Origin: Felis catus
Lineage: Eukaryota
Length of the DNA: 64,000 nucleotides
Direction of reading: 5' to 3'
Assembly (NCBI RefSeq): GCF_018350175.1
Contig: NC_058368.1
Span: 166,348,001 to 166,412,000 of the forward strand
The notes beneath the pieces were generated by a model. That model ran no database searches, was not told where the DNA came from, and saw nothing but the letters and a program-made list of their open reading frames with translations. Each line of letters starts with the position of its first letter. Position 1 is the stretch's first letter. Shown here piece by piece: positions 11,441 through 22,565 of this stretch. Both the position numbers and the translations under genes were made by a program.

Positions 11441-14400
11441 GAGGGAAGGGGCCAAGATGGAGGAACAGCATGGGAGATTTTTTGCATCTCGTGCCCATGA
11501 CATACAGCCATATCAACAGTAAACCATCCTGCACACCTAGAAAACTGATTTCAGGATTCACACAATAATCTGTACAGCCTGAACCACAGACTCAGCAGGT
11601 ACGTGGCACAGAGAGGTGAACTGGGGGAGAGAGAAGCTGCAGAGGGCAGGGAGCTGTTTTTGCTTGCAGAGAAAGGAGGGAGACGGGAGGGGGGTGGCAG
11701 TGGGGGAGAGTACAGGAAAAGCAGCTCCCCCCAAAAACAGCTGGAGAGAAAGTGTAAAAGTGTAAACAGCCACAGGGAGTAAACTAAAATGGGAGAAAGG
11801 AGAAAGGAGAAAGTTTAAATTCCATTAAGACTCTATAAACAGGGGGAGTGAAGGGTCTGAAACTTCACAGCTCAATACCTGTAGGCTCTGGTGGGAAGGT
11901 TGAATCCCCAGGAGCAGAGTGAAATCCGGGGTGTCCTTGGGCCACAGGGGAGAGGCAGATCTCCTGCTGGGAAGACATTTGGTAGAGGTTGTGCAGCCAC
12001 ACCACAAAAAGGTCCCAGCAGATCCCAAAGAACAACCACATTCACTGCTGCTAGAACAAGGATGTTAAGGGTGAAGCCTGGTGCCAGATGTGTGTTGTGA
12101 TTTTCCATTTTCCCTGAAATGCTGCTGCTACAAGGTCATGTGAACTTTTTCTGGGGCAGGCTGGCACCCAGCCACAGTCTCTGAACATCAGCAGCAGCAC
12201 TGTCCCACAAACATTCCTGGGTACGGCCGGCACCCAGCCATTGCTCGGTGAGACCCTCCCACAGAGGTTCAGAACGGGTCAAAGCCACAGTTCCTCAGAA
12301 GTGAGGGGTAGGGAAACACAGCCATATGTGAGATAAAACTCAGGAGGGAGGTGCTGCCTGGAAGCCTGACAGCTTGATCACGGACAGTGTAAAAGCAGAG
12401 AGTGTACGGAAGCTGAAGACAAAGAATGGGTGCACGATTGCTGATGGGGAGAACAGAGTTCTGATACTAGAGACTGGGTAACTGGGTGATGCCATTTTCA
12501 CCCCTTCTGTGCATGCACATACACACCCACAAGCTCCACAACAATCCACCCAAGTAAGCTAAGCAGCGCTATCTAGTAGAGAACTGAGCCATTACACTAA
12601 CCCCGCCCAATTGGGCAAACCTCACTCTTCAGGAACATCACAAATCTCTCTGCCTGCTTAGTTTATGGACTATAAAGTGCATCAGGGTTTGACTTCTAGG
12701 GGAAAATGATGTAATTTCAATTATATTTCACTCTGTTACCTGGTTCATCTATTCAATTTTTTTAACTTCTTTTTCTTGAATAGAAAGAGAAATAAATTAT
12801 TTTTATTTTCAATTTTTATTAAAAATATTTTTCTCTAATTTTTTTCTCCAAATTTTTACTTTTTTGTAAATTTTTCAAATTCTATTTTACTTCCATCATT
12901 TCATTTTATTCTGTTTCATTGTATTCACTTTTTCAAATTTTCAAAAATTTTCCTTTTTTTCTTGTTTCCCCCTTTTTTTCCCTCTAATCTATCAAGTTCC
13001 TTTCCACAACCAGAGCAAAACACACCTAGGATGTAGCATCATTTATCTCACTTTTTTTGCATGCATGTTGTTTTTAATTTTTTAATTTAATATTTTTTTA
13101 CCTTATTAATTCCTTTTCTTCCTTCAAAATGATGAAATGAAGGAAGTCACCCTTAAGAGAGAGCAGGAAGAAATGATAACCAGGGACTATACAAACAAGA
13201 TGTCTGAACAAGAATTTAGAATCACAACAATAGTAATAGTAGCTGGTGTTGAAAATAGACTAGCATCTGTTTCTGTGGGGATAAAAGAAGTAAAAGTAAG
13301 TCAAGATGAAATAAAAAATGCTATAACTGAGCTGAAATCTCAAATGGTTGCCACAGTTGCAAGGATGCATGAGGCAGAGCAGCAAATCAGTGATAAAGAG
13401 GGCAAACTTATGGAATGGACAATAATGAAGCAGATAAAGAGGGAGACTATGGCAAAGGAGCATGAAATAAAAATTAGAGGACTCAGTGACTCATTAAAAA
13501 GGAATAAAATCAGAATCATAGGGATTCCAGAAGATGAAGAGAGAAAAAAAAAGGGTAGAAGTGTTATGTGAGCAAATCATAGCAGAAAACTTTCCCAACC
13601 TGGGGGAAGACACAGACATCAAAATCCAGGAAGCACAAAGGACTCCCATTAGATTCAACAAAAAACGACCATCAACAAGGCATATCCTAGTCAATTTCAC
13701 AAAATACTCTCATGAAAGCAGCAAGGGAAAAAAAAAAGCCCTTAACCTACAGGGGAAGACAAATCAGGTATGCAGCAAACATATCCACAGAAACTTGGCA
13801 AACCAGAAAAGAGTGGCATGATGTGTTCAATGTGCTGAATTGGAAAAATATTGCAGCCAAGAATTCTTTACCCACCCAGCAAGGCTGTCATTCAAAATAG
13901 AAGGAGAGATAACACGTTTCCCAGACAAACAAAACTTTGTAACCACTAAACCAGCCCTGCAAGAAATTTTAAGGGGACTTTCTGAGGGAAGAAAAGATGA
14001 AAAAAAAAAAAAAGACTGAAAGCAACAAAGACTACAAAATCAGAGACCACCACCAGATTCTTCAAATGTACAGGCAAAATAATGGCAATAAATTCATATC
14101 TTTCAGTACTCACTGTAAACATCAATGGACTCAATGCTCCAATCAAAAAAACATAGGGTAATGGAATGGATAAGAAAACAAGATCCATCTATATGCTGTT
14201 TACAAGAGACCCACTTCACACCTAAAGATACCTTCAGATTGAATGTAAGGGGATGGAGAACCATCTACCACACTAAATGGCTTACAAAAGAAAGCCAGAG
14301 TAGTCATACTTATATCAGACAATCTAGACTTTAAAATAAAGACTGTCGCAAGAGATGATGAAGGGCATTATATCATGATTAAGGGATCTGTCCACCAAGA

Positions 14401-14825
14401 AGACCTAACAGTTGTAAACATTTATGCGCCAAATGTGGGAAAACCCAAATATATAAATCAATTAATCACAAACATAAAGCAACTCATCGATAATAATACC
14501 AAAATAGTAGGGTACTTCAACACCCACTTAAATCAGTCAGTCAAAGAAGACAAAAATCATATGTCTTCACTCATATAAGGACTTTAAGAGACAAAACATA
14601 TGAACATAAGGGAAGGGAAGCAAAAATAATATAAAAACAGGGAGGGGGACAAAACAAAAGAGACTCATAAATATGGAGAACAAACTGAGGGTTACTGGAG
14701 AGGCTGTGGGAAGGGGGATGGGCTAAATGGGTAAGAGGCATTAAGGAATCTACTCCTGAAATCATTGTTGCACTGTATGCTAACTTGGATATAAAAAAAT
14801 TTTTAATAAAAAGTAAATTAAACAA
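11441..14825 (+). mobile_element. Carnivore/felid L1 with intact 5' and 3' ends and a ~3.3 kb internal ORF2 deletion
   Basis: 5' end gagggaaggggccaagatgg; decayed ORF1 13129-13985; ORF2 endonuclease from 14082 (CCLQETH, NIYAPN); at 14530/14531 jumps to the ORF2 C-terminus (DKNHMSSLI*), 3'UTR and A-rich tail. Confidence 0.93.
13129..13985 (+). pseudogene. L1 ORF1p, disrupted
   Basis: Fragments MSEQEFRITTI, IRIIGIPEDEER, IIAENFPNLG, KPALQEILRGTF*, spread over several frames. Confidence 0.92.
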
Positions 14826-14944
14826 ATAATAAAGTTACCACTAACATTATTAATGGCTATAACTATTAAGTTCTTGCTATGTGTCAAGTAGTCTTCCAAG
14901 CGTCGTGCTGTATTAACTCATTTAACCTTCATAGTTCAGGAGGT

Positions 14945-15032
14945 CTGACTGCTTCCCTGCTGGGTCCAGAATGCCTAAAACAGTGACTGACATAAGGTAG
15001 GAATAGAATAAAAATTTATTTAGTAAATGAAT
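14945..15032 (+). mobile_element. L2 3' terminus
   Basis: ccagaatgcctaaaacagtgactgacataaggtagg...aaatttatttagtaaatgaat. Confidence 0.65.
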
Positions 15033-15664
15033 CAAGATGATGCATAATATCCTCAATTATTGCTTTCCTAGAAATGTGAATGAAAACCATTTCAACCACA
15101 GTAATATAAAATAAAGACTAAAGTCAAACAATGTTAAAAGTGAAAATTGTATGTAAACACTTAAAACAGAAAAATCTAAGATTTTCTAAATATCATGGCT
15201 CTAGCTCTAGCTACCATCTACTGTTTGTGGTAAACTTCACATGTAAAATATATGTTTCCTCATTGAAAACAGTCAGTAACTTGAGATGAACAGTTTCTGA
15301 ACAGTACTGGATGTCTTGTTTGTAACTCTAAATGCATTCAGGTAAACAATGATAATTTGTTAGGTCTTAAAATATTCTTAACATTTCTGACACACATAAG
15401 GATGCTCATTATCAATGCAAATCTTATGACGAAAAGAATGTAAATGTATAATGTCAACTTTAATTATAATGGAGGGAATTAAATAACTAGTATTATGTGT
15501 CTTTTATTAACATCTGTTATCTTTCAATATTAATCATAAGTATTCATTTATCAAAAGAAATTTCTCCTTAACTCACATAATAAAACTTCCCTCTTAAATT
15601 AGTACAGATCTACAATATTTCAGGGTAACTTAAAAAATCTTATAAGCTCAAAAATCCAAATTCT

Positions 15665-15770
15665 ATTTTTCTTATCTTCTCCTCCCCTCCACCGTCTCTC
15701 CTACTCCCTTCTCCCACTTCCTTCACTCTCCTTTCCCTCCCACTCCTCCTCCTCCTTCTCTTTCCTCTTC
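15665..15770. repeat. CT-rich low-complexity tract
   Basis: Near-pure pyrimidine run. Confidence 0.85.
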
Positions 15771-16081
15771 TTGAAATTTGGCAATGAAACTTATTTTGTA
15801 CCAAAATGTTATTTGAACTGTAGAGATTTGGTCTTACTAGTAGTAACACACCTAAATTCATCAATATTCGGTCTATTGTTTTGTACTTAATAACACTGGG
15901 GTAACTTGAATAGTGAAACTGTCAAAAGTATTAAATATAAATCCATATGTAATAAAAGAAATACAAATAGCAAAGTTTAGTAGTAATATCTCACAAATGA
16001 TGTTATTGCACTAGCTTCATCGAGGTATATTTGTGTGGTATCTTAATGAGGAATGTGATATAGAAAATTCCATATTACTTT

Positions 16082-16313
16082 GTTTTTATTTTTAAAATTT
16101 TTTAAAGTTTATTTATTTATTTTGAGAGAGAGAGGGAGAGAGAGAGAGGAAGGGAGAGAGAGAGGGAGGGGCAGAGAATAAGAGAGAATCTCAAGCAGGC
16201 TCTGCACTGTCAGTGAAAGCCAGATGTGGGGCTTGAACTCATGAACCATGAAACGTGACCTGAGCTGAAATCAGGCTCAGCTGCTTAACTGACTGAGCCA
16301 CCCAGGCAGCCCC
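16082..16313 (-). mobile_element. SINEC
   Basis: T tail, (GA)n, ...ctgagccacccaggcagccc; TSD cca(t/c)attacttt at 16070-16081 and 16314-16325. Confidence 0.95.
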
Positions 16314-16329
16314 CCACATTACTTTAAAC

Positions 16330-17507
16330 TTTAAACATATGATTTGAAGAAACTTAAACCTAAGTTGTTGAAGTTTCTACACCGGAGCCTGATAGTGGTT
16401 ACCAGAACTGAAGAAAAATGGGAAAATACCTTATAGTTAAACAAAAAACAAATAAACAAATAATAACTGGTACCGGTACTAAGTAGATTTGCCAGTGAAG
16501 TAAACTTATCCTGCTAACTGACCTGTTGGTGATGAAGTAACCTAGAATATATCACAAATAACTAACAATAAAAGATAAATGTAAACATTCAGGAATTCAA
16601 GAAGCATCATCATGTAAAATATCTGAAAACCTATAGCAAAATGTTTCTGCAAATCATGAAGCAGCTGAAACTGACAAATTTGATAAGATACTAACTGAAA
16701 AATAACATAGTCCTTGGAGAAAACTAAGGAATGAATCATGAGCACTTACAACAATGCACCTGTTGTACAAGCCCATGGATGATGAAGAGATAGCTTAAAT
16801 GACAAGCATGAGGAAAGCAATGTTCATGAACACAGGTGGAAAAATCCCTAAGATATGGAAAAAAATTGTGATCAAGTAATTGCTTTCCTTGATCATGATC
16901 CATTTATCAATCAGCAGGAAACTACAGCAGTTTATACCCAGAGACTGCTTAGCCAGGAGGCTATTTATTGGGAAAGGCAAACCTGAAATCTCTCTTCAAA
17001 AGCAGACTATCAAAGTTCTGCCTTATTATGTGAGAATCCTCTCCGTCCATCATCACATATCCACTTCAACCTGATGAAAATGAAGGTGTCAACGTTGGAG
17101 TGACCTGTTTGCTAAGATTCCCAAACAATCTGATATAACAAATATTCATTATATGTAGATGGAGAGTTAGATAAATTTAGACATAGAAATATAAATTAAA
17201 AAAAATTAAACACTATTGGAATATTTACAGCTTACAGTTTGTACTTATCTACTATATCACTCATTAGTGTATTACTGTATGATTTGACTCTAGCTAAACA
17301 CAAATGATTATAATTTTTTTATCCCAAATAGGGTGACTGTTTAACTTCAGTAATGGCACTTTATGTAACTAGAGGGTATTGTTTTATAACTTGCTGGGAA
17401 TATTATAGAATACAGCCCATGAATGTATTATCTTTCTAAAATGTGAATAATTCTGATTTCCAAAATATTTGTGGTCTCAGGGTTTTCAGATATGGGGTTC
17501 TGGACCT
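16330..17507 (+). mobile_element. TcMar-Tigger DNA transposon remnant (Tigger4/MER46C-like)
   Basis: Decayed transposase C-terminus KE*IMSTYNNAPVVQ/MDDEEIA and CDQVIAFLDHDPFINQQETTAVY; ends tggtctcagggttttcagatatggggttctggacct, like a MER46C-type TIR; left boundary uncertain. Confidence 0.6.
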
Positions 17508-18689
17508 CTTTAAAATTCTATTATACATGCTTCAGTCACATAATAATTTTAGTAGATTTAACATTAAAACACACCTACTGTTTTCATTTTTCTTGGTCAG
17601 CAGATATTAGCAAATGTATGACTGTTCTATTGATTTATCACTAAAATACAACCTTTATTTCCTGAATATAATTGGTATATGGTCAAACATATACATACAC
17701 ACACATGGCTAGGAAAAGAACAAGAGGTAGAAAAATAAAAAGGATCTGTCAGAAAATAGAAATGTTTGTGAAAGTGGAAGAAACAACTTGGAAAAATATG
17801 CTGAAAGTAGTGGATGAGATTTTAAGAGATGTCTCAAGTTAGTGAGCAGAGAAAATCTTTTTGTCAGTAAGAAATTCAGCACTTATGAAATGCCTTGACC
17901 TAAATGTACAAGTTAATCTAAAGTTGATTTAATGTTACATGGTAATGTTGTCCATTTCTGTGCATATTTTGATCAATGCCAATTTAACTGGAAGATTTCC
18001 CAAAAAAGCACACCGTTTGGAAGGACAGAGAAGGGTTAGAGACAGGCCTAGAAGAAACCCATCATCTTCGAACCCCTATGGCATCTGTTGACCTGTGAGA
18101 AATGTATTGATGTAAGCATTTATTTGTTTATAATCTTCCTTGTTCTACCCAGGGTCTTTGAAAACTTTATATATGCATGTCTGTGTATGTAAGCCTCTTG
18201 AGAACAAAGCCAGAGACTCACTTTTCTTCCACCCCATACAGAAGTGATTTCTTATACACATCCATTAATTTGCATTCTGGAGATAGCTTCCCCCAAAATT
18301 ATCATGAAAAAAGACAAAGTGTTATAAATATAATTAAATAAAAGAATGTACAGATGTTATGATGAGCTCAAACATAAGACTTGAGAAAGAATTCCTGTTT
18401 GTCTCATTTCTTTTACTCCTGCCATAAATTCTTCAGAATCAGCACTTTCTCTTGGCCAGTGACTCATTAGATCCCAAAAAAATCTTATTTGGTAGGATGT
18501 TGCATCTCCTCTTTAGATTTAGCCCCATCTGCCTAGAAATCTCTAGACATATTTATGCTGCTAATTCCATCGCTGATACTGACTCACAAAGTCAAATGTT
18601 AGCTGATTTTAATAGATTCATAATTTTAGTTTCTGTTCAGAAGGATCAGAGGTACAGTTCTATTTAATCCACAAGAGGCTGTTTTTTGC

Positions 18690-19690
18690 CTTCATCACTC
18701 TATAATAATGACTTTCTCTAAGGTCTCTAATTCCAACAGGCATTTTCAAATTCACTTTACTTGACCCCTCAGCTATACTTAATACTATTTACCATTCATC
18801 CTTACTGAAACACTCAATTTTTCTTGAGTTTACAACGTTGCACCATCTATTTATGTTCTGGTCACTTTTCAGTCTTGTTTTGGCACTTTGTCTTAATCTT
18901 TAACTGTTATAGCCCAAAGCTATTATTTTCTTCCCACTCTTAACTCTAGTCCATATGATTTATCCATGCCCATATTCAATTAATGCCTCTGTCCTCTAAA
19001 AATTAGAGGACATTTAAAAAAAATGCAGGCATGTCTTCCAATTATGTACTCTTGTATAATTATACACAGAAAGTAAAGTAGAATTTTAACTAAACAAGGT
19101 GGAAAATTAGACTGTATCTTGATAGTTTTTCCACACTCAACCACTATACAGTTTATTGCAATTCCTTTCAAAATTTTCTCCTCAAATGCTTTCAAATGTG
19201 ACCACTCCTTTCCATCTCTAAGTAATCTTTGCTATTCTGAATTACTCTGACTTATGCATGGTCTTTGGTGACCATCTACTATTTACATTTCTAGTTTCCT
19301 TTCTATACTGCAGCCAAAAGGATCTTTAAAGATGAAGAGATATCCTATTACTCTCTCATGTAAAATACTTTGTTTCTCATTGTCTTCTGGATAAAATACA
19401 AAATCCTTTAGACCAATAAGGCCATTCACATCAAGCCTATGCTTTTATTTGCAGTCTATTCTTTTGCTATTATTCTCATCAGTCCTTGTGATAAAATCAC
19501 ACTGGTGTTTTTACCACTCCATCCCTGTCAAATTTCTGTTCATGTCAGTGAATTTGCATGTGTTGTTCCTACTATTTTAAACACTCCCTCCCTACCCATT
19601 GCCTAATTGGTTCTTATTCATTCTTCAGATTTCAGGAAAATCTTTTCAGGACACCCATAATATCAAGTACCAGTGCTTTATCTTTGCAAG
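18690..19690 (+). mobile_element. L2 fragments (RT region to 3' part)
   Basis: ttacttgacccctcagctatacttaatactattttaccattcatccttactgaaacact corresponds to a decayed LLDLSAAFDTVDH..LLET motif; further L2-like blocks at 19160-19690. Confidence 0.7.
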
Positions 19691-19717
19691 ATATCCAAGG
19701 TTTCCCATATCACTTAC

Positions 19718-19962
19718 TTTGGTAAGATCACTTAACATGATATCTACCCTTTAAACAAGGTTTTACATGTACAATACTGTTGACTATATTTACAGTGTTG
19801 AACAGCAGATCTCTAGAGTTTTTTCATCTTGCTTAACTGAAACTTAGGCCCATTCATTTTCCACTTCCTCCAGCCCCTAGTAACCATTATTTCATTCTTT
19901 GATTGCATGAATTTGACCGTTTTAGAGAACTCATGTAAGTGGAATCATGCAGTATTTGTATT
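19718..19962 (-). mobile_element. L1MA-like 3' end fragment
   Basis: ggtaagatcacttaacatgatatctaccc...cagcagatctctag...gtaagtggaatcatgcagtatttgt. Confidence 0.85.
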
Positions 19963-20126
19963 TTGGTACATATTGCCATCTCTGGGTGGAATAAAATGTT
20001 CTATCTTGATTAATAAGTTATAGTCAATATTTCTTTCTTTTTTTCCTAAATGTTTAAATTTATACAAACTGATAAGAATGATATATAAGCCTATTCAATT
20101 TCATATGATAAAAAATGTTGACTCTT

Positions 20127-20312
20127 GGGGCACGTGGGTGGCTCAGTTGGTTAAGCATCCAACTTCGACGTGGGTCATGATCTCACCATTTGTGAGTTTG
20201 GAGCATGCTTCAGATTTTATGTCTCCCTCTCTGCCTGCCCCTCCCCCACTCTCACTCCGTCTCTCTCTCTCTCTCTCTCAGAAATACATAAACATTAAAA
20301 AAATAAATAAAA
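20127..20312 (+). mobile_element. SINEC with an internal deletion
   Basis: ggggcacgtgggtggctcag head; TSD atg(t/c)tgactctt; the central gagccc...cagagcct segment is missing at 20200/20201. Confidence 0.93.
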
Positions 20313-22501
20313 ACCATGCTGACTCTTTAGGAGAAGAGAGGAAATCTATCTTCACAAACATTAACATTTCATTTCCAAAATAGTCAGTCACTTGTCCATC
20401 AAGATCAGATTGCTATGCTATTACAACCATATTTTTTGGCATCTTTGAAAAACCACAGAAAAGTTACATATGAAAATATATCTACCATAAATGTTGAGAG
20501 GAAATCAATGTAATTTAATTCTAAAATTGTATACCCAATTAAGTGAACAGTCAGACATTGCCTCATAAAATGTGTTTGTTATTGTGCTTGTTTTTGATTT
20601 TCTAACTAGGTTAGTTAAACCATTTTAGAATCTCTCCTTCCTCTCCATTACAATCATCTGTCATCTCTGGTAGATCTAATACCTGGTAAACACTGTCACA
20701 CACACATATAGGTATGGTACAATTTAGATCAAATAAAAACTTCACTCTCAGTTCTGTGTCTCCACTCTGATATGCTTTGGAGAAAAATAGGCCTACCCCT
20801 AAAATAAATAGTATCTATGGCAAAAAGTATAAATGAGATTCACTATCTACTGTGAATCCATATATTTAAAAGTAATAAACCAAACTAACTGTTAAGTAAA
20901 ATGTATACCCTGACAAATACAATTTATGACAAAATAGAAAAATATGAATAAGTTATAGTTTTTACATGGAAGTGAGAAAAATATCAAAGACAACTTAATA
21001 ATTACACATGTATGGATATGGTTTTATAGACAAATGCTGTATGGATGAGGAATAAATGAATATATGTAATTTATAAATTAGTAGATAGTTATTCCATAAA
21101 ATTTGAGAAATTATGTTGTTATGATAAAGATTTTCATATAACTGGCATTCAACTAACAGTGATGATCTAAAGGATTTAACAATTATATTTGTATTCAAAG
21201 CACTCAAAATTTGGTTAAGATTTTACATGCATGTAGACTAATGTTAATACAAAAGTAATATTGTCATATGTGGTTACAAAACAGTTATAATTTAAAATTA
21301 AATTTATATATTAAAATTAAAAGGCAGATACAAATTATAGTTAATACACATTGGAGTTTTAACTCAAAATTTTCTGACACTATTCTTTACATTTTAATAT
21401 TTTATTCAGTTTTATTTTTGCTTTCACAAAAACAATAATATTTTAATCTCAACATTCAGTGTCTATGCAATTGCTAATATAAATAGTTGCTGCTATGTTG
21501 CATGCATTTAGAACTGGAACAACATGTGTACAAATATAGTGCAATATGAATTATTTAATAGTTTAAAATTATCCTCAGCCTACTAGGATAATCATTATGA
21601 AAAATTTGTTAATTAATGATTAATTCTGGAAATAAATTAGTACATGGAAAAAATAAAAAGAAAAAAATGAGAAAATGAATACCCTGACATAACTGAGAAA
21701 GTTAAAAATAATACTTTCATATAATAATCAATTGGCCTTTGTGCTACATAAGTTTAATTAAGAAGTTAATTAAACTGCCTGTTTTCTTGCATAAGTACTT
21801 TGTAAATTCTTCTCTTAATTCATAGTCCCTATTCCTCAAAATGTAAGCCGTGGCATAACTTATTTACCTTTTGATTTGAGACATTAATCAAAAGATGTGG
21901 AGACATGTTTTTCTAGGACCCTAAAAGTTTTAGTTACTGAAACAGTTGAATTGCGTTATTCCATTCTTGAGTCCTAGAAGTGAGTGAAAAGGCACTCATG
22001 TATAATAGAATTTTTATAATATACTAAATATGATTGTTATGCCTGTGGTATGTGGTGCCCTCTAAGGCATGGAGCCCATGACGGGGTTCTGTCTTGTCTA
22101 GGTCTGATACAAACGGATGAGGAGGTGGGAAGGGAGGAAAGTCTCATTTCATATACAACGCTTGTATACCTCTCTTTAACCAAAAGAAATTCACACAAAC
22201 CAAGATCTGGGTTTTAAAATTTTTCAGTAAAATGCTCTATATAGTATGACTAGTGAGTGGCAAACAGGGCTATAAATAAACCCTCTGGACAGTTCTAAAG
22301 CCTATATAATCTAGTTCCAGAAAAAGAGCAGTTATGGCCTCATATGGCCAGAGTAAGGTGTAGCTGAAGTAGAACAGTGGAGAAAATCGTTCCTTTAACC
22401 ACAGATTATGAGGTTATTACGGAAGAGTGAGGATAAGCTGAGAGGCTAGAGAAAAAAACATTTTCTTCTGAGAAGAGTCTGACTTCACTTAAGGCAGGGG
22501 T

Positions 22502-22565
22502 TGTGATACAGATCGAATATTTATGTCCCTAAATTTCATATGTTGAAACCTATTCTCCAACATGG
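22502..22565 (+). mobile_element. MaLR LTR 5' fragment (MLT1/MST-like)
   Basis: tgtgatacagatcgaatatttatgtccctaaatttcatatgttgaaacct. Confidence 0.6.
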
